Shown here: piece by piece, positions 11,518 to 26,305 of the stretch
How positions within the stretch are numbered: position 1 is the stretch's first letter
Layout of the letters: every line of letters begins with the position of its first letter
From: Geosiphon pyriformis uo1
Taxonomy: Eukaryota; Fungi; Glomeromycota
DNA length: 64,000 nt
Assembly (NCBI GenBank): GCA_016748015.1
Contig: JAAOMT010000193.1
Coordinates: forward strand, 386,858 to 450,857
Direction: 5' to 3'
Position numbers and translations under genes: made by a program
The notes under the pieces: model-generated
Told to the model about the DNA's origin: nothing
Seen by the model: only the letters and a program-made list of their open reading frames with translations
Database searches by the model: none

Positions 11518-14500
11518 TTAGATTTGTCTTATTCGCAACAAACCATCAGCATTTCTGTTTTTTTTTCCTTTTTTGTAATGTACTGTATAATTAAATAGTA
11601 AAAGTTTTATTTTCTATCTAGCATGATGATCATCTCCAAATTTTTGCTTCTGAATTAAAGTCAATTCTTTGTGATCAGTATATATATTAAACTTTTGACT
11701 CAAATATTCTTTCTATTTGATGACAGCCCAATAAATAGCTAAGTATTCTAGTGCTAAAATTCCATAGTTTTTTTCAGCTGGACTTAAGCTTCTGCTGGCA
11801 TAAGCTATTAGGTGTTCTTATCTATTCAGTTTTTTCTGAGATAGTACTACTTCCAATGCTTGACCTAACACATCTGTTGTAATTATGAATGGTTTGTTGT
11901 GATCTGGATAAATTAATACTGAGACTTGAATAAGCTTTTTTCTCAGTGTTTTGAAAGCTTTTTGTTAAGTTTCAGTTCATTCATATTCGGTGTTCTTTGT
12001 TTGGAGTTGGTGTAATAGTTGAGCTATTTTGGAAAAGTCTTTGATAAAATGGCAGTAATATCTTACAAATCCCAAAATGCTTATAATTCAGTCAAGTTGA
12101 TGAGTACTGGAAAGTTCTTGACTATTTCAATTTTGTCTGAATCTGTTTTGATTCCATTTTTGCTTACAACATATCCCAAGAATTTTAATTTTGTTTTGCC
12201 AAAGAAGCATTTGTTGGCATTTAACTTTAGTTCTGCTCTTCTTAGTCTTTCAAATACTTGTTAAAGATGATGCAAATGATCATCAAATGTCTTAGAGAAC
12301 ACATTGGTGTTATCTAAATACATGACAACTGATTTCTATAGCAGTCTGATATAAACAATTTCCATAAGTCATTGAAATATAGCAAAAACATTTATCAAAC
12401 CAAATGGCATAACTTCAAATTTGAAATTTTCTTCTTGAGTTGTAAAAGCCATTTTTTTTTATCTTCTGGTTTTATGACTACTTACCAGTAACCACTATCT
12501 AAGTCTAATGTTAAGAACTATTTGTTTCCTCCAAAAGCATCAAACAGTTTTTGGATCTTTGGAGTCGGGTAGCTATCTCTTTTTGTTACTCCATTTAGCT
12601 TTTGGTAATCCACACAAAAGTGAATTTTCTCATTTTTCTTACAGACTAATATCACTAATAATGACTATAGACTTATTGATAACTGAATTAGCCCATTGTC
12701 AAACATCCAATTGATTTCTTGACAAATGATTTTATGGCTGACTGGTGGTATTTGGTATGCTCTTTGTTTGATTGGCATCATATCTCCAGTTTTTATCTTA
12801 TGCTGGATTATGTTGGCTCTGCCAAATTTGTTTTTACTGGCAAAGATGTTATTGAAATTGTTGAGTAACATTTTAAGCTACATATGTTATAGTAAGTTTA
12901 TATTTCCCAAATTCATCTGTTCTAATTGTTTTGGTTGGAGCAGATAACATTCTTCTTATCTGTATATTGTTTAAGATGTAATATCTACATATCTACACAA
13001 TTGTGGAAAGTCTGGAATAATGTTTGGCAGTTGGTCTTTAATTTCAGTGGTTAAATATCCAAGATGATTCCTTCTGGTATCTTGATGATGTTTTTTGTGT
13101 TGTTATAAATAGAAATTTTAATGTAACTATAGTTCTTGGCTGGTATGTGTAGATTAACTAATCTGATTTTTCCTGATTCACAAAGTGTTGCTTCTGCCTT
13201 AAAAATTTGGACCTAATCCTTTACTTTTCTTTCTATGATTACCATGTATTGGTTATATGGTGAAATAGAAATTAATTAATGAGTGGAAATAATTTCTCCT
13301 TTGTTAACAATTTTTTTCTCTGCCATATTAATTAGTATATCTATTTTACTTATGGATCCAAAACCCTGTATTTCTTTAGCTGTAATTCCTAATTTTTCTC
13401 TGTTTCCTACTGATACTAATTGAGCTATTTTGATCAGAGGCAGAAATATTGCCTGTGCTATCTTTTTATTTGGTTCTATAATGTATGCTTTTTCTAAGTC
13501 ATTTTGTAGCATTGCAATAATATTTCCTACATATTCTGCATCAATTATTCCTCCTCTGATGTTGATTCTATTTTTTGCTAAACTACTTTTGAATGCTAAT
13601 TAAACTATTGTTGTTGTTGAGATTTCTAATACTACTTTGAGATCAATGCAGGTGCATAAATGTGGCTTTTATTTAATGGCATTTTTTTCTAAATATCTCA
13701 GATCAAATCTTATATCAGTATCATGTGCACGTTTTGGCATAATATTTTCATCATTATCACTGAATCATTTTAGTTTCTGCTCCTTGAAGAGATCAGAAAG
13801 CACAATATATGTTTTGGGATTTGCATTGGAGTCCAAATCATTGTTATTTTTGTTGCCATATTAAGCAGAACTGGAATCATTGTTTTCATTGTCATCATTG
13901 TCGGAGTTTAAATTGGGATTAAAAGTTGATTCTAATTCTGATGTGCAGCTGTTGATTGGTTTCTTTTTCTCTAGGATCATGTAGATCATGCATAGTAGTG
14001 AATTGTAAATAAGGTTACACTCATTACAATATTGGAAGTTACAGAGAATCAAACAATAGTCACATAGTTGTGTGTTTATTTCTTCCAACCATTGCTTTTG
14101 TTCTTCTTAAGTGAATGCTAATTCTTGGTAATGCTCATAAAATTGTTCTAGGTCTATAGGCTTTAGGATAGTATCTGAGTTTGGGCTCTAGTCAAGTTTT
14201 ATGAATTCTGGTAAGTTGTTTTTGATCATCCTTATTTCTTCTGCTAACACTTCTTTGATTTTGGCAAGTGCTATTAATCAGATTTTGTCATTGTTGTATA
14301 GACAACTGTCCAGATGTTTTACTGCTCTTTTCCAGACAGCTTCTATGAAAGTCCTTTTTCTTATCCAGTTATTGATTAGAATTGTGTATTGGCACAATTT
14401 GTCACAAGTTTTTTCTTATCCAGGAATGTTATTCCATATTTCTTTGTCTAATAGAGTTTCTTCACAAGTAAGACAAGATTTGTTGTTCCATTTTCCTTGC

Positions 14501-17500
14501 TGTTTTGGTTGTTCAAAGCATTCTAGAATGCAGAAGCAGCAGTAAAATTTGGTTGCTGTAGAGTATTCCTTATTATCACTACAGCATACATCTATTGATA
14601 ATATTTTCTTATCACAATCAATGCATACCAGTTTTGGTTAGGGATAGTTAGATAGTTGTGATGGAGTATAGATGTATAGAATATAAGTGGTAATAGTGAT
14701 TAGTATTGGCTCTTCTTTTTTTTTCCCTTTTTCTTTGTTATTTTCTTCTCACTTCCAAGTTGGTGTCAGTTCAGTACTATCACCATCAATCCATCATGTT
14801 TGGTTGGTATTTTCAGTAAGTTCCTCTTTTTGCTTTTCCTTTCTATTGTTATTCTAGGATAGTATTAGTGATAGTTCATTGTGATCATTGTCAACCCAGA
14901 AAATTTGATAGATTTCTCAAGTAGGTTTTTTTTTTGTTGTCAAACTTGATAAGGGGTGCTGATGGCATGATGATAGGTTTGAAGTGACTACACATGGCTG
15001 GTACACATGTGTGTTGATTATTCTGGTTAAGTTAAAGCTTTTGTGTATTCCAATTGAGTGTTATGTTAGTTTTGAACAACCAGTTGTTGTCAATGAGTGC
15101 TTGGTACTAAGTGGCTTTCATGACTAATATCTTGATTAGTATAATGATGCTGTTAACTTCTATGGGGAGGTTATCAATCTTGCCAATTGGAGTTTTGGTC
15201 GCTTCATTGGCTATTATGATTTAGGCGCTGACAGTGCAATCAACTCGGTAATCTAATTGGTCCATGAGTTGTCATGTGATAATGCTGTCTGCTGACCCAC
15301 TATCTAATATGAGTTTGATAGAGTGACTATCAACTTTAGCATCAGTATATATAGTGGTAATTGGTTTTTCTTTGAGCATGGCTTTACTGAACAAGGGCAT
15401 AGATGACAGTTCCTCGAGTTCGAACAGGAAGATTGCTATTAGTGATTCATTATTGGTGATGGTGGTTGAAAATATATTATTGATGAGTGGTTGTGTTTGG
15501 TTGGTTTTTATGTAATTGGGTAAGACATTTTCTGTGGTAATCAGGAGACTTAAATAGTTCTAAAAACTCATGTTTTGAGTATATCTGGTTTTTGAACTTC
15601 ACTAATGTGATTCTAATGGCTGGTTGGATAAACTGGGAATCAGTTGGTGGACAACTATTGCTGATCTTCAGTTTTGAGTGACTCTTGATCTGAGATTTCC
15701 TGATGTCATCTGAGCTGAGTTTGGTGGTAGTATAAAAATTTGTTGGGGTTGATATATTATTTGTGGCTGTAGTTGATAAATAACTGGTGCTGGAGTCTGA
15801 TAAATGAGTGGTTAATAAATTGGCAACTGTATCACTAGTATGTAATTTGATTAACATATTTCTGAGTTGGGTTGATATCTTGAAGTTTGAAACTGGCAAT
15901 TGGAATTTTGATATTGATTTTCCAATTGTTGGTTATTTATTCTTAATCTGCAGTAAATTTTCAAATGTTCTTGTTTACTACAGTAGTGGTAAACATATGT
16001 CTTCTATTGCTACTGTTGATTGGTTAAGAATAATAAACATGACTGATTCTGGAAACAATTTGCATTTTCTTGAGTATTGTATCATTGTGAAAGTTAATAA
16101 ATTGTCTGATTGTTAGCTAAATATCTCTCTAATTTTTGATTAATGGAATTACTGAATTGTTTCAACTTAGAATTCAATTCAGATAATCCATTCATTACTA
16201 AATTGACAGCTTAAGCATGGTTAGCTTCGAGTTTGGCAGATTCAAAATTCTGTGCATTGGTAACTGTATCTTGGAAAGTTTGTAAGTGCATTGAGCATAT
16301 GCATTGAAAAATACTACTGCACAGTTCATAAATGAACTGGTTTAGAATCTGTGGTGCTGTAAAGTAATTTGCATTAATTGCTTGTATTTGGTGCAAGTTT
16401 TTATAGAAGTGTTCTAAGTAAGTAGTAACTGCTTCAGTTTTTCCTTGCTTGATAGTAGTAAAAATATTGGCTAAGCAATTAATACTGTTATTATTGCTAA
16501 AATATCTCAAGAACTCAAGCTTAAATGTATTGAAATTTTGTGGTTTGTTGACCAAGCTCTAATATCACAAGTTGGCAGTATTCTAAAGGAAGTATAAAAT
16601 GGTTTGCATGACTCTTGTATCATTCCATCTGTTGGCTGCAATGGTTTTTTCCATATCGTTCAATCACACTTGGGCATTATTTTTTTTACTGGTGAATTTT
16701 TCAAGTTTTATTATTAGGGCATAGGCTATTAGTTGTTGTGGTAATTGAAGTGGTAATTGCTAAGATAGTATTGGCAGCTGTTGAAGTTGTTTAGCAATCA
16801 GACCAATTGGTTGTTGATTAATAACAATTTTTGAAGATAAGTTTTGCTGATTAATTAACTTGGAGTTTGGATTGTTCTAAGTTTGTTGGGTTTAAATATT
16901 CAGAGTTTCAACTTCCAGATTTTTTGCAATCAGATTTTGGTAATTAAATTCTTGATTCTCTTCTTTTTTTTTTTTTTCTTCTGATGCCATTATCTTTCAA
17001 GAACTTGTGGTTTTGAAATCTGGTGAAGATAGTGGTAATCAAAATTCTGATGGCATTGGCAATCATAATTTAAATCCTTCAAAGTAATTGCTATAGGTTT
17101 CTAATAATTCTGCTTTTTTTTGTTTACTTTAAAATAAAAGTCATCCAAATGTTGATGTCACATTTAATGTAGATGTGTTTGCTGATACAATATTGATGGT
17201 ACTTCCAGGTGTATAATAATATAATAGATATAGTAGAAATTCAATTTTTTGCTTTTTCCATGTTGGTAATTGTATTTTTTTTGGAGTTACTGCTGGTGTT
17301 TATAGCTTTTTTTTACCCTTATCTGTGTAGGTAATAGAGAATTGTTGTTAAGTGTATCTTTTAATTTCTTGATTAATTTCTCTAATAATTAGTGCAAAAC
17401 TATAATTTTATGGTAAGCTGGTATATTGGATTAATTTTGTATAGAAATTTTCTTTTGCTGATTTGATGTTAACTGGTTTTTTAAGAAAATCTGTGATTCA

Positions 17501-17640
17501 TTTGTTGACATAAAAGTTGAAGGCTGATTTCACTAAATAATAGTTGTTGGTTAAGTCTAATTGTTGACTGTACTATTAAAACAAAGATTTAGCAAATTCT
17601 AAATGGTTTGTTTTTATTATTTCTGATTCTGCCACTTTTG
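11518..17640 (-). pseudogene. pol: B gag-PR-Cys-rich-dUTPase-RT-RNaseH ORF, many stops
   Basis: ORF fragments 16211..16555 (gag), ILDSGS (~15300), 13861..14088 (CDYCLILCNFQYCNEC), 13276..13512 (KKIAQAIF...GFGS), 12665..12871 (RT N-terminus), NADGL end. Confidence 0.85.
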
Positions 17641-17697
17641 AATAATTGTTGTTGGTGCTGGTTTTCTGTAGGATTATATTTCACAGGAAGCACCAAA

Positions 17698-18564
17698 TGT
17701 TACAGGTGATTATTTGAAGTCCCAAAGCAAATAACAAACCCATAACTTGGTGCTTAATTGATATACTGATGGTGGTTTCTGAAGATTGTTTGTATTTGAA
17801 AGTTTTTGTGATCTGAAAGTTTTGGTTAAGTCTTTTATATAATGGACAGAAATCTAAGTGTTGTTTTATCTGTCACTTCCTGGAATCACAATTCCATCAA
17901 ATTTCTTTCTTAGTATGATGACTGGTAATTCTTCTGGTAAGCTATCCTCAAATTTATGAGTTCTCTACCCTTGTTTTACAGGTTTTTTACCAGTTCCTAT
18001 AATGTCTATAACTCAGTGCTTTTTAATCCTTAGTCAATTAGTAAAACAAAAAGAAATATCAAAAGAAAATATAAAAATAAAAAAATAAAAAAAAATAAAG
18101 AAATAAGCCAAGACAATAAATATTAGTATTCTATCAATAGCTGTGATTAAAAGCCATTGTTCCAATGTGATTAAGTATTAACATGAAGCATTGATAGTGG
18201 AGAATAGATTGAGATAGTGAATAATTATTTATTGATATTTGTGAATAAAAAGATTGCTTAGATCAAATCTAAACTGGGAGGTCTGTTTTTTCTACTTTTA
18301 ATACTACTGCTATATATACATAATTGAGATTTCTCAATTCTTTAATTTTTCACACCAGGAATCCTGGAATTCTTGGAATCCTGCAATTTCTTTTGAGAAA
18401 AATCTTGGAATTCTGGAATCTTGCAATTCTTTATATGAGAATTCTGAAATTTCTGAAATCTTGCAATTCCTTTTGAGAGGAATTCTGGAATTTCACATTT
18501 ACTACAGCTACTTCTGATTGGCTAATTTATATGCTAATATACTTTCTATATTTTATGAGTAATA
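17698..18564 (-). repeat. 5' LTR of B
   Basis: Pairs with 8528-9404; PBS adjacent. Confidence 0.9.
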
Positions 18565-18568
18565 ACAA

Positions 18569-19107
18569 TAAATACACACAAGTACTAGCTATCTGTGGTC
18601 ATTTTAAATCTAGCACCAACACAACAGCACCACTCATCAAATTTAACAACAAAAAAAAAAATCTATCTGAGAAGCCTACTAAGTTTCCTGGGCCAACACC
18701 AAACACAATAAGTTATCACTAATACTTTTTTGAGATGACAAAGGAAAGAGAAAAAAAAAAGACACACCAAAAGAAGACACCATTAACAAAGAAATAACTA
18801 GTGGCTAAGGAAGTTCATACTCTGTGCACAAGCCACTAAAGCAACCACCATATATTCCACTCAAATGCCAAAATTATGACAAGAAACTTTCTTCTATGAG
18901 AGCTTGGATAGTGCCCAATAAAGACTACTGGACACGAACTCATTATTATTGCAAATTGTGCTACAGAGAATAGTATGACTATCCAAAATGACAAGGCAAG
19001 TAAAACAATAAATTATGTCTTGCTTGTAGAGAACAGTTATTCAATGAAGAAATGTGGAATAACATTTCTAGTTAAGAAGAAACATATGACACTTTGTGCC
19101 AATACAT
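18569..19107 (+). pseudogene. A pol continuation (post-protease, Cys-rich region)
   Basis: CGHFK...PLKCQNY.KKLSSM...YYCKLC...CLACRE...LCQY. Continues at 27691 (ILISNW). Confidence 0.85.
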
Positions 19108-19624
19108 TGTTACAGTTGAAACTTATACTTCTTATTAATTATTACATGTATTAGCCACTAATATTATATAAATTAGCCACTCTATTTTTAGTAAGTGATC
19201 ATTGACCTGATTATTGACCTAGTCGTTGACCTAATCATTGACCACTTTTGATAGCTATATAAGCAATAAATCTCTTAACTGTAGAAAAGCATGAAGAATC
19301 AAAAAAAATAAATAAATAAAATAACAACTTTCATCTCAATTATTCTCTTATTGCTAATTTCCTTTTCCCTACTTTCAAGTATCTGAACATCTTAAAGATA
19401 AAAAATTACTTATTGGTTATTTCTTATCTTTTTCTTGAAATGTATAATTGCAACATTTGGAGATTATTGAATAAAACATGACTGAAGAGCACATCTGATA
19501 TTTGATATTGAATTCTAAGAGCACTGACATAAGGCATAGAATTATACCAAGTGTGATCATTTGTTGACAGTATGGACTATCTCTCTACCTTCAGATTTTT
19601 TGGTTACTTTGAAAAGTATAGCAA

Positions 19625-20488
19625 TGTTACTCATAGAATATAGAAAATATAGTATTATTAGTCAGTAGATATTAGCCAATCAGAGGTAGACGTAGTAAAT
19701 ATGAAATTCCAGAATTCCTCTTAAAAGAATTGCAAAATTCTAAGAATTTTAGGATTCCCTAATGAGGAATTGCAGGATTCCAGAATTCCAGGATTCCTCT
19801 CATCAGGAATCACAGAATTCTTGTCACAAAGAATTGAGGAATTGAGAAATCTCAATTATGTATATATAACAGTAAAATTAGAAGCTGAAAAGACAGATCT
19901 CTCAAGTTTAGATTTAATCTAAGCAACTCTCCAAATCACAACCATCTAATAAATAACTATTTGTTATCTTAAATTCACTTCCACTATCAACACTTCATGT
20001 TGATAGTAATCAACTCTTAACCACACTGGAACAATAGCTCTTGATCATGGCTATTGACAGAATACTAATTTGTAAATCACTTTGGCTTATTTTTTTTCTT
20101 TATATATTTTCTTTTCTTTTCTTTTCTTCATTTTTCTTGCTTTGAGTTTATTGTTGTTTACTAACTTTATTGAGGATTAATGCGCAGGGCACTGACATCA
20201 GAATAAACGTGACTGGTAAAAAACCCAGGAATAAGAGTAGAACACTCGATTGAGGATAGCTTACCAGGAAGAATACCAGCCATCAAGCTGAGAAAAAAAT
20301 TGATGAAACTGTGGTTTCAGAAAGCTACAGATAAAACTTTTACCATTGAATCTCTGTTCATTATACAAAAAACTCAATTAGAAAACCTTCAGATAAAATA
20401 CCTTCAGATTATCATCATCACCAATCATCTTGAGCACCAAGTTACAGGTTTGTTATTTTATCAACACTCCAAATAATCACTTGTAACA
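19625..20488 (+). mobile_element. Solo LTR (B-like) inserted in the 5' LTR of C
   Basis: TGTTACTCAT...TGTAACA, absent from the 3' LTR of C. TSD gcaa/gtaa, empty site gtga (~27535), so inferred GCGA. Confidence 0.9.
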
Positions 20489-20699
20489 GTAACTAAGATA
20501 TTTTATAAGACTAATCTCACACATTGAATCTTTATTCATTCAATTCATTCTTTGAAGTTGAATTCTTTTTGATTCTTTTTATCACTCTATAATTCTGTTT
20601 TCCCTTGCTATCTATTAGCTTATTACTCTAACCCATAACATAAAAGTGGTGCTCTCTATGAGGTTGTCAAAATCCACTTTGTTTCTTATTTGTATGGGT

Positions 20700-23600
20700 G
20701 ATTATTCATACCTGCCACAACAATCAAAAGAATACTTTAAAGCATACAACAAAAACAATCTAGATTTTATTGAACTTAATCTTTTGCCCTTCTGCTTGAT
20801 TTGCTTTCTCATTGAAGAACAATCCAGCAGACAATTCCAAGACTTTTAGAACTGGTTTCTGAATGAGCATTCAGCTGAAACCTACACAATTTATACAACT
20901 TATTACTTTGACTAAGCTTATTTTGAAGATAACTTTGATGAAAGAAACAACAATATCAATCAGCTCTTATATTCTACAATCTTTAAACAACAGCCCCCTA
21001 ATTTCGAATATCTGAATCATCAAATCCACATTTGGATTGCTGCCCATCAATTAACAGAAACTCCTCTTAAAACAGAAGAAAAAAGCTATTAAACCACTCC
21101 TGTTTTTGATCTCTTTTTAAGTGAATCAGAACACTCCACACAAACAGTTACATCTAAACCAATGGTTCAAGACCCTCTACAACAAAACATTCTAATCACC
21201 CTCCAAGATATACAAACTGCTTTAGGGTGAAGAAACAACACCCCATTACCATTATTCAGAGGTAATGCCCAAGATTCAATCAAATGGCTGGATGATTTTG
21301 AGAGAGCTATTACAGCAAACCAATATAATAATAAATACAAGTTCCAAATTGTTGGTGGCTACCTCCAAGGCTCTTTTGCTACTTGGTTCTCACAAGAAAC
21401 CAATACCAATGCTCAGCAAAAAATCATTAGATGGGCACTGGCAAATGCTGAAGAAGACAACACCTCTTTTACTATCCAGTTTGAAACTAAATTTAGAACT
21501 CCCATCTTAATTTCAAAATGGCATATGGAATTAGAAAAAAAAACTCAAGGCCCTGGTGAGGTTGTAATAGAATATGCCAAAACAATAAGAAAACTCATTA
21601 AACGAGTAGACTTTGGAAGAAATTGGACAGAAGAACAGAAAATACATTTCTTTACAAAAGGACTGAAAACTGATCTATCATATGCTCTTTGGTCCCTTCT
21701 GGTCTTGAAAAATAATCCCACAACAGACATGGCCATTGAACTTGCTCAGAGAATAGAAAACAATTAAAGAATGCACCTAGGATCCACACTTCCAGTTTTT
21801 GCTTCTGCTCCTGTTATGGCTCTTGCTCCCCAAATGGCTGCTACCTCTTTTGCTGCCCAAACTCAAGACTTAAATGAACAGTTAATAGATAGACTTACAG
21901 CTAATCTTGTCTGGCTATTAGAACCATTGGCCCAAGCAGTTAGAGAGAATTAACAATCCCAAAGACCCAGATTTGAATCCTGTTTTAATCAGTCCCAACA
22001 ACCACCATATCAAAGACAGCAAAATTGTGGCCCATCTGTGTACTATTATTGTGGACTAACTGGACACTTTTCAAAAGACTGCAACAATCTTCTATTGCCC
22101 TTTTCAGCTCCTAGAAACAATGACAATTAAAACAACAGAACCATTAACAATAATATTCCCAACCAAAGAACCAATCATGCCAACATCAATTTCTTTGAAG
22201 AAAATCCTCTAGTTAAAGCCACTGTTTATCAGCCTTTAAACTGGTAGATGCACCTCCAAAGAGTGAGAGTGCAAGCCAACCAGAAAAAAACCCTTTTTAT
22301 GCTTTTAACCTAACTGATAATGATCATAATATAGATAAACTAGCAATCAACACCTCTGAATCAACCAGAAAGAAGAAAAAAACCAAGATTGATTTTGTCT
22401 TGGATCCAAACAAAGCATCCAAATCATTTGCTGATAACAATGAGCCATCAAAGACTAAGGTTTTTAAAAATTCTCCAAAGTTGGAACCCCCAGAAATTGT
22501 ACAAAAATCTGGACCCTATTCTGTTGTTAAAGATCTCATAGAAACCCCAGCACACATTACATTTGGCCAACTGATGACCCATCCACAATTTAGAAAAGAT
22601 CTTCACAAATTATTGATACCAAAAAAAAAGACACCAAAGATCAACAAACACTCTCGCCAAGCTGGACTTGTTGATAACAGCAATATTACCCCTCTGATTT
22701 ATAAAGCCCAAGTGGCTGGTTACTTCATTGATCTGATTCTAAACAGTAGATCATCTGTTAGTGTAATTGCCAAACATTTTCTTGAAGCAATTGGCAGAAA
22801 GATTGATAAGTCTTCTACAAGATCAATGACTAATGTACATGATGACAAGAAAAAAGGCCTAGGCATAGCCAAAGCTATTCCTGTTTACATCAATAGTATC
22901 AGCATTAAAACAGATATAAAAGTATCTAAAGCAAAAGAGTACACCATCATTGTTGGTAATGAATGGCTTAAGAAAGCCAAAGCACTACTTGACTATAAAC
23001 TTTGTGAACAAACTATCAGATGTGGTGAGAAACTCATTGTGGTTAAATGCTGACATTGGACAACCCCTCCAGTATTCAAGCAGAACCAATAAGAAGAACA
23101 ATCAAATGAATCAGATAACGATAAGAGTGATGATAAAAAAGATTAAGAAGAACCAGAAGAAACTGCTGAACTTGTTTATACTATCTTTACCAGCAATGGC
23201 AAGCCACTGGACAATATTAAAGCTAACAAAAAAAAAATCATATTAAATGGCAAGCTAATCTGCTAGCCCTACTATAATATCCTCAGAAGAACCTTTGACA
23301 GAAAACTTAGCAAGAAAGCAAAATACAGTTATTGGTGGCATGGCCCTTGTGCATGGTGCTGGTGTAATAAACTTTTGTATTCACCAAGTAATGAATGCAA
23401 ATTCTGTCTAATCTACTACAAAGATTGGAAACCAATTAGCTTAATATTTCAAGAAGAACTTAAAGAAATACAAAAGTTCTTTGAGAATGAACCACCTGAA
23501 ATCCAATCACTAGTTGTAAAACAAAGAGAATCTTCTTTTAAAGAAAGAAAAATGGACATTAAAAATCTGTTGGTTAGAAATAGCCCAGTTATCTCAAAAG

Positions 23601-24927
23601 AAAGTGATGTTCCTGGATGAACTCATGTGATACAACACACCATCACCACCAAAGAAACTCACCCCATCCATTTGAAGCCTTATTAATTCAATTAACACAA
23701 TGATGAGTTTATCAAGAAAGAGATAAACTGAATGAAAAATCTTGGATTCATATAAGAAACCAAGAGTGAATGGGCTTTCCCAGTTGTAGTGGTATTCAAA
23801 AAAGGTGGAACTCTATGCTTCTGTGTTAACTACCATCAATTAAATGCCATCACTATAAGAGACATGTACTCACTTCTCAAAATTAATACAATGTTAAATA
23901 AATTCAATGGTGCTGCTTTCTTTTCAACCATTGATTTAACTGCTAGATTTTGGCAAGTAGAGATGGATCCAAAAAGCAGAAAGAAAACTGCCTTTATCAT
24001 CAAGTATGGCACCTATGAATTCACAGTTATGCCTTTTGGTCTTACCAATGCTTCTCCCACTTTTCAATGTCTAATGGATAAAGTGTTTGAATCAGTAAAA
24101 GAAAAATTTGTTCTGGTTTACTTGGATGACATAATGGTATATTCAAAAACCTGGAATGAACATCTTGAACATTTACAAAAGGTTTTTAATCTGCTCAGAA
24201 ATGCTGGCCTTAAGATCAACCCAATCAAATCTTTCTTTGGATGCCAATTCACCTAATTTTTTGGTCATCTTGTTACAAAAGATGAAATCTTTCCTGATCC
24301 AGCTAAAGTTAAAAAAGTTCAAAACATTAGACACCCAATAAATGTTCCTAAACTATGCTCTTTTCTTGGTTTGGCCTCTTACTATTACAAATTTATCAAG
24401 GATTTCTCCAAAATTGCTTTTCTTTTCAATCAGCTACTCAAGAAAAATGTCAATTATCACTAGAGCACTTATCAACAAAAAGCTTTTGAATTTTTGAAGG
24501 AAAAACTTCTTACTAAATCAATTCTCAAACAACCTGATCTGGACCAACCTTTTATCCTCCACATTAATGCATCTGGCTATGAACTTGGTGCTGTCCTTTC
24601 ACAGAAAGATAAAAATGGCAGAGAACATGCTATAGCATATGTCAGTAGATCTCTCACACCATCAGAAAAAAACTATTCAGTTACTGAACAAGAATGTCTA
24701 GCAGTAGTTTGGGCTACCAACTACTGGGATTAATATTTTCTTGGTGCAAAATTCTTAGTGGTAACAGATTATCAAGCCTTGGTTTGGCTGGGCAAGAAAA
24801 AGAAACTGGAACACAAAAAATAACTCACTGGATACTCCACTTGGATGAATTCGACTATAATATTTAACACTGCAAAGGAGCAAATCATCAAAATACTGAC
24901 ACTCTATTTAGACTTACCATCCAGTGA
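20700..24927 (+). pseudogene. pol: C gag-PR-RT-RNaseH
   Basis: TQGPGEVV gag, (C)YYCGLTGHFSKDC knuckle, ILNSRS (decayed ILDSGS), MPFGLTNASPTFQ...YLDDIMV, NYSVTEQECLAVVWA. Confidence 0.9.
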
Positions 24928-24991
24928 CAGTACAATCTCTTAAACCAAACCAACTTAATTATTAGTAATTCCTTCATAAACAAACACGATA

Positions 24992-26305
24992 ATGGACTTG
25001 GACAACTACTCTGTCTTAATGAAATTTTTGGATAAAAAACAATACTCATCTGAATACACTTGACAGCAAAAAGAATATTTGCACAAACAATCAAATTTTT
25101 ATTTGATCTGCCAGAACCAATTATACAAAAGAAACAGAAAAGATTCTGACTGCTTCCAGAGAGTCATCAGATTTGAAAAAAGAGAAATTGTAATATACAA
25201 CATGCACACAGACCCATTAGCTGGACACTTTGGAAAAACAAAGACAATTCAGAAAACTTTAGCTTGCTATTATTGGCCTATTTTGGGAAAAAACATTGCT
25301 GAATACATCAAAATCTGTGACATCTGCCAAAGAAAAGACAAACCCAATCACAAAGAAGATATCCATCCAATCTCTGTTGATCAACCATTTGACAGAATTG
25401 GTATAAATGTTGTTGGATCTTTAACAATTATTTCTGATGGCAACAGATATATTATCACAGCTACCAACTATCTTACAAAGTGAGTAGAAGCAAGAGCCAC
25501 CCCAGACCAAACAGCAGTCTTAATAGCCAATTTCATTTATGAAAATATCATCTGCTGTCATGGCTGCCCCAAAGAACTTTTATCTGATAGAGGAAGAGCT
25601 TTTCTCAGTACACTGGTTGAAGAACTTTATAGAAAAATGGGAATATGTCATAAACTTTTCTTCTCTTATCACTCCCAAACAAATGGCCTAGTAGAACATT
25701 TCAATAAAACATTATGTGAAACTCTAGCCAAAACCAATAAAGAAACAAACTTATAGGACAAAGTACTGCCTTCAGCTTTGTTTGCTTATAGAATTGTAAA
25801 TTATGACACAACAAGTTATGAATCTTTTTATCAGCTCTATGGATGCATGGCAATGCTACCAATAGAAACTAATATTGAAACAATATCCTTTGAAGAGATC
25901 ACAATAGGGAATTACAAAGACATTTTGCAAAAAAGACTTAGTACCATTCTTGACTCCTTGGTAGAAGCACGAATAATTGCTTTTGAAAAGATAAAACAGT
26001 TCCAAGAAAAGCTTAAAAAAAAGAAAACCTATAAAACACTTTCTTTAAGTGTTGGTGACTTGGTATTGGAATATTGTTTAGACAGAGACAATGTCTATAG
26101 TAATAAATTTTTTAGCCAGTGAAAAGGACCTTTTATAATCAACAAAGTTTTGAACAATGGTTCTTATATTCTTCAAGATCAATCTGAAACAATCTTCAAT
26201 AATCGTTCTGTTTACAGTACATGACTTAAGAAATATCATAAACGACCTGATTGGCTGTCTGTTGTGATAATATCGACTCAAATGATCAGCAAAAATCAAG
26301 GATAA
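24992..26305 (+). pseudogene. int: C integrase ORF
   Basis: ATG MDLDNY; H...GHFG...CDIC, PFDRIGINVVG, QTNGLVE, KGPFII. Frame differs from the RT ORF. Confidence 0.88.

Larger units (their letters stand above)
8528..18564 (-). mobile_element. Full-length Gypsy element B (dUTPase family) inserted in the protease region of A
   Basis: LTRs 8528-9404 and 17698-18564, PBS ~17679-17695, PPT 9405-9420. A frame resumes after it (QN|KYTQVLAICGHFK). TSD atag/acaa (inferred ACGG). Confidence 0.9.
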
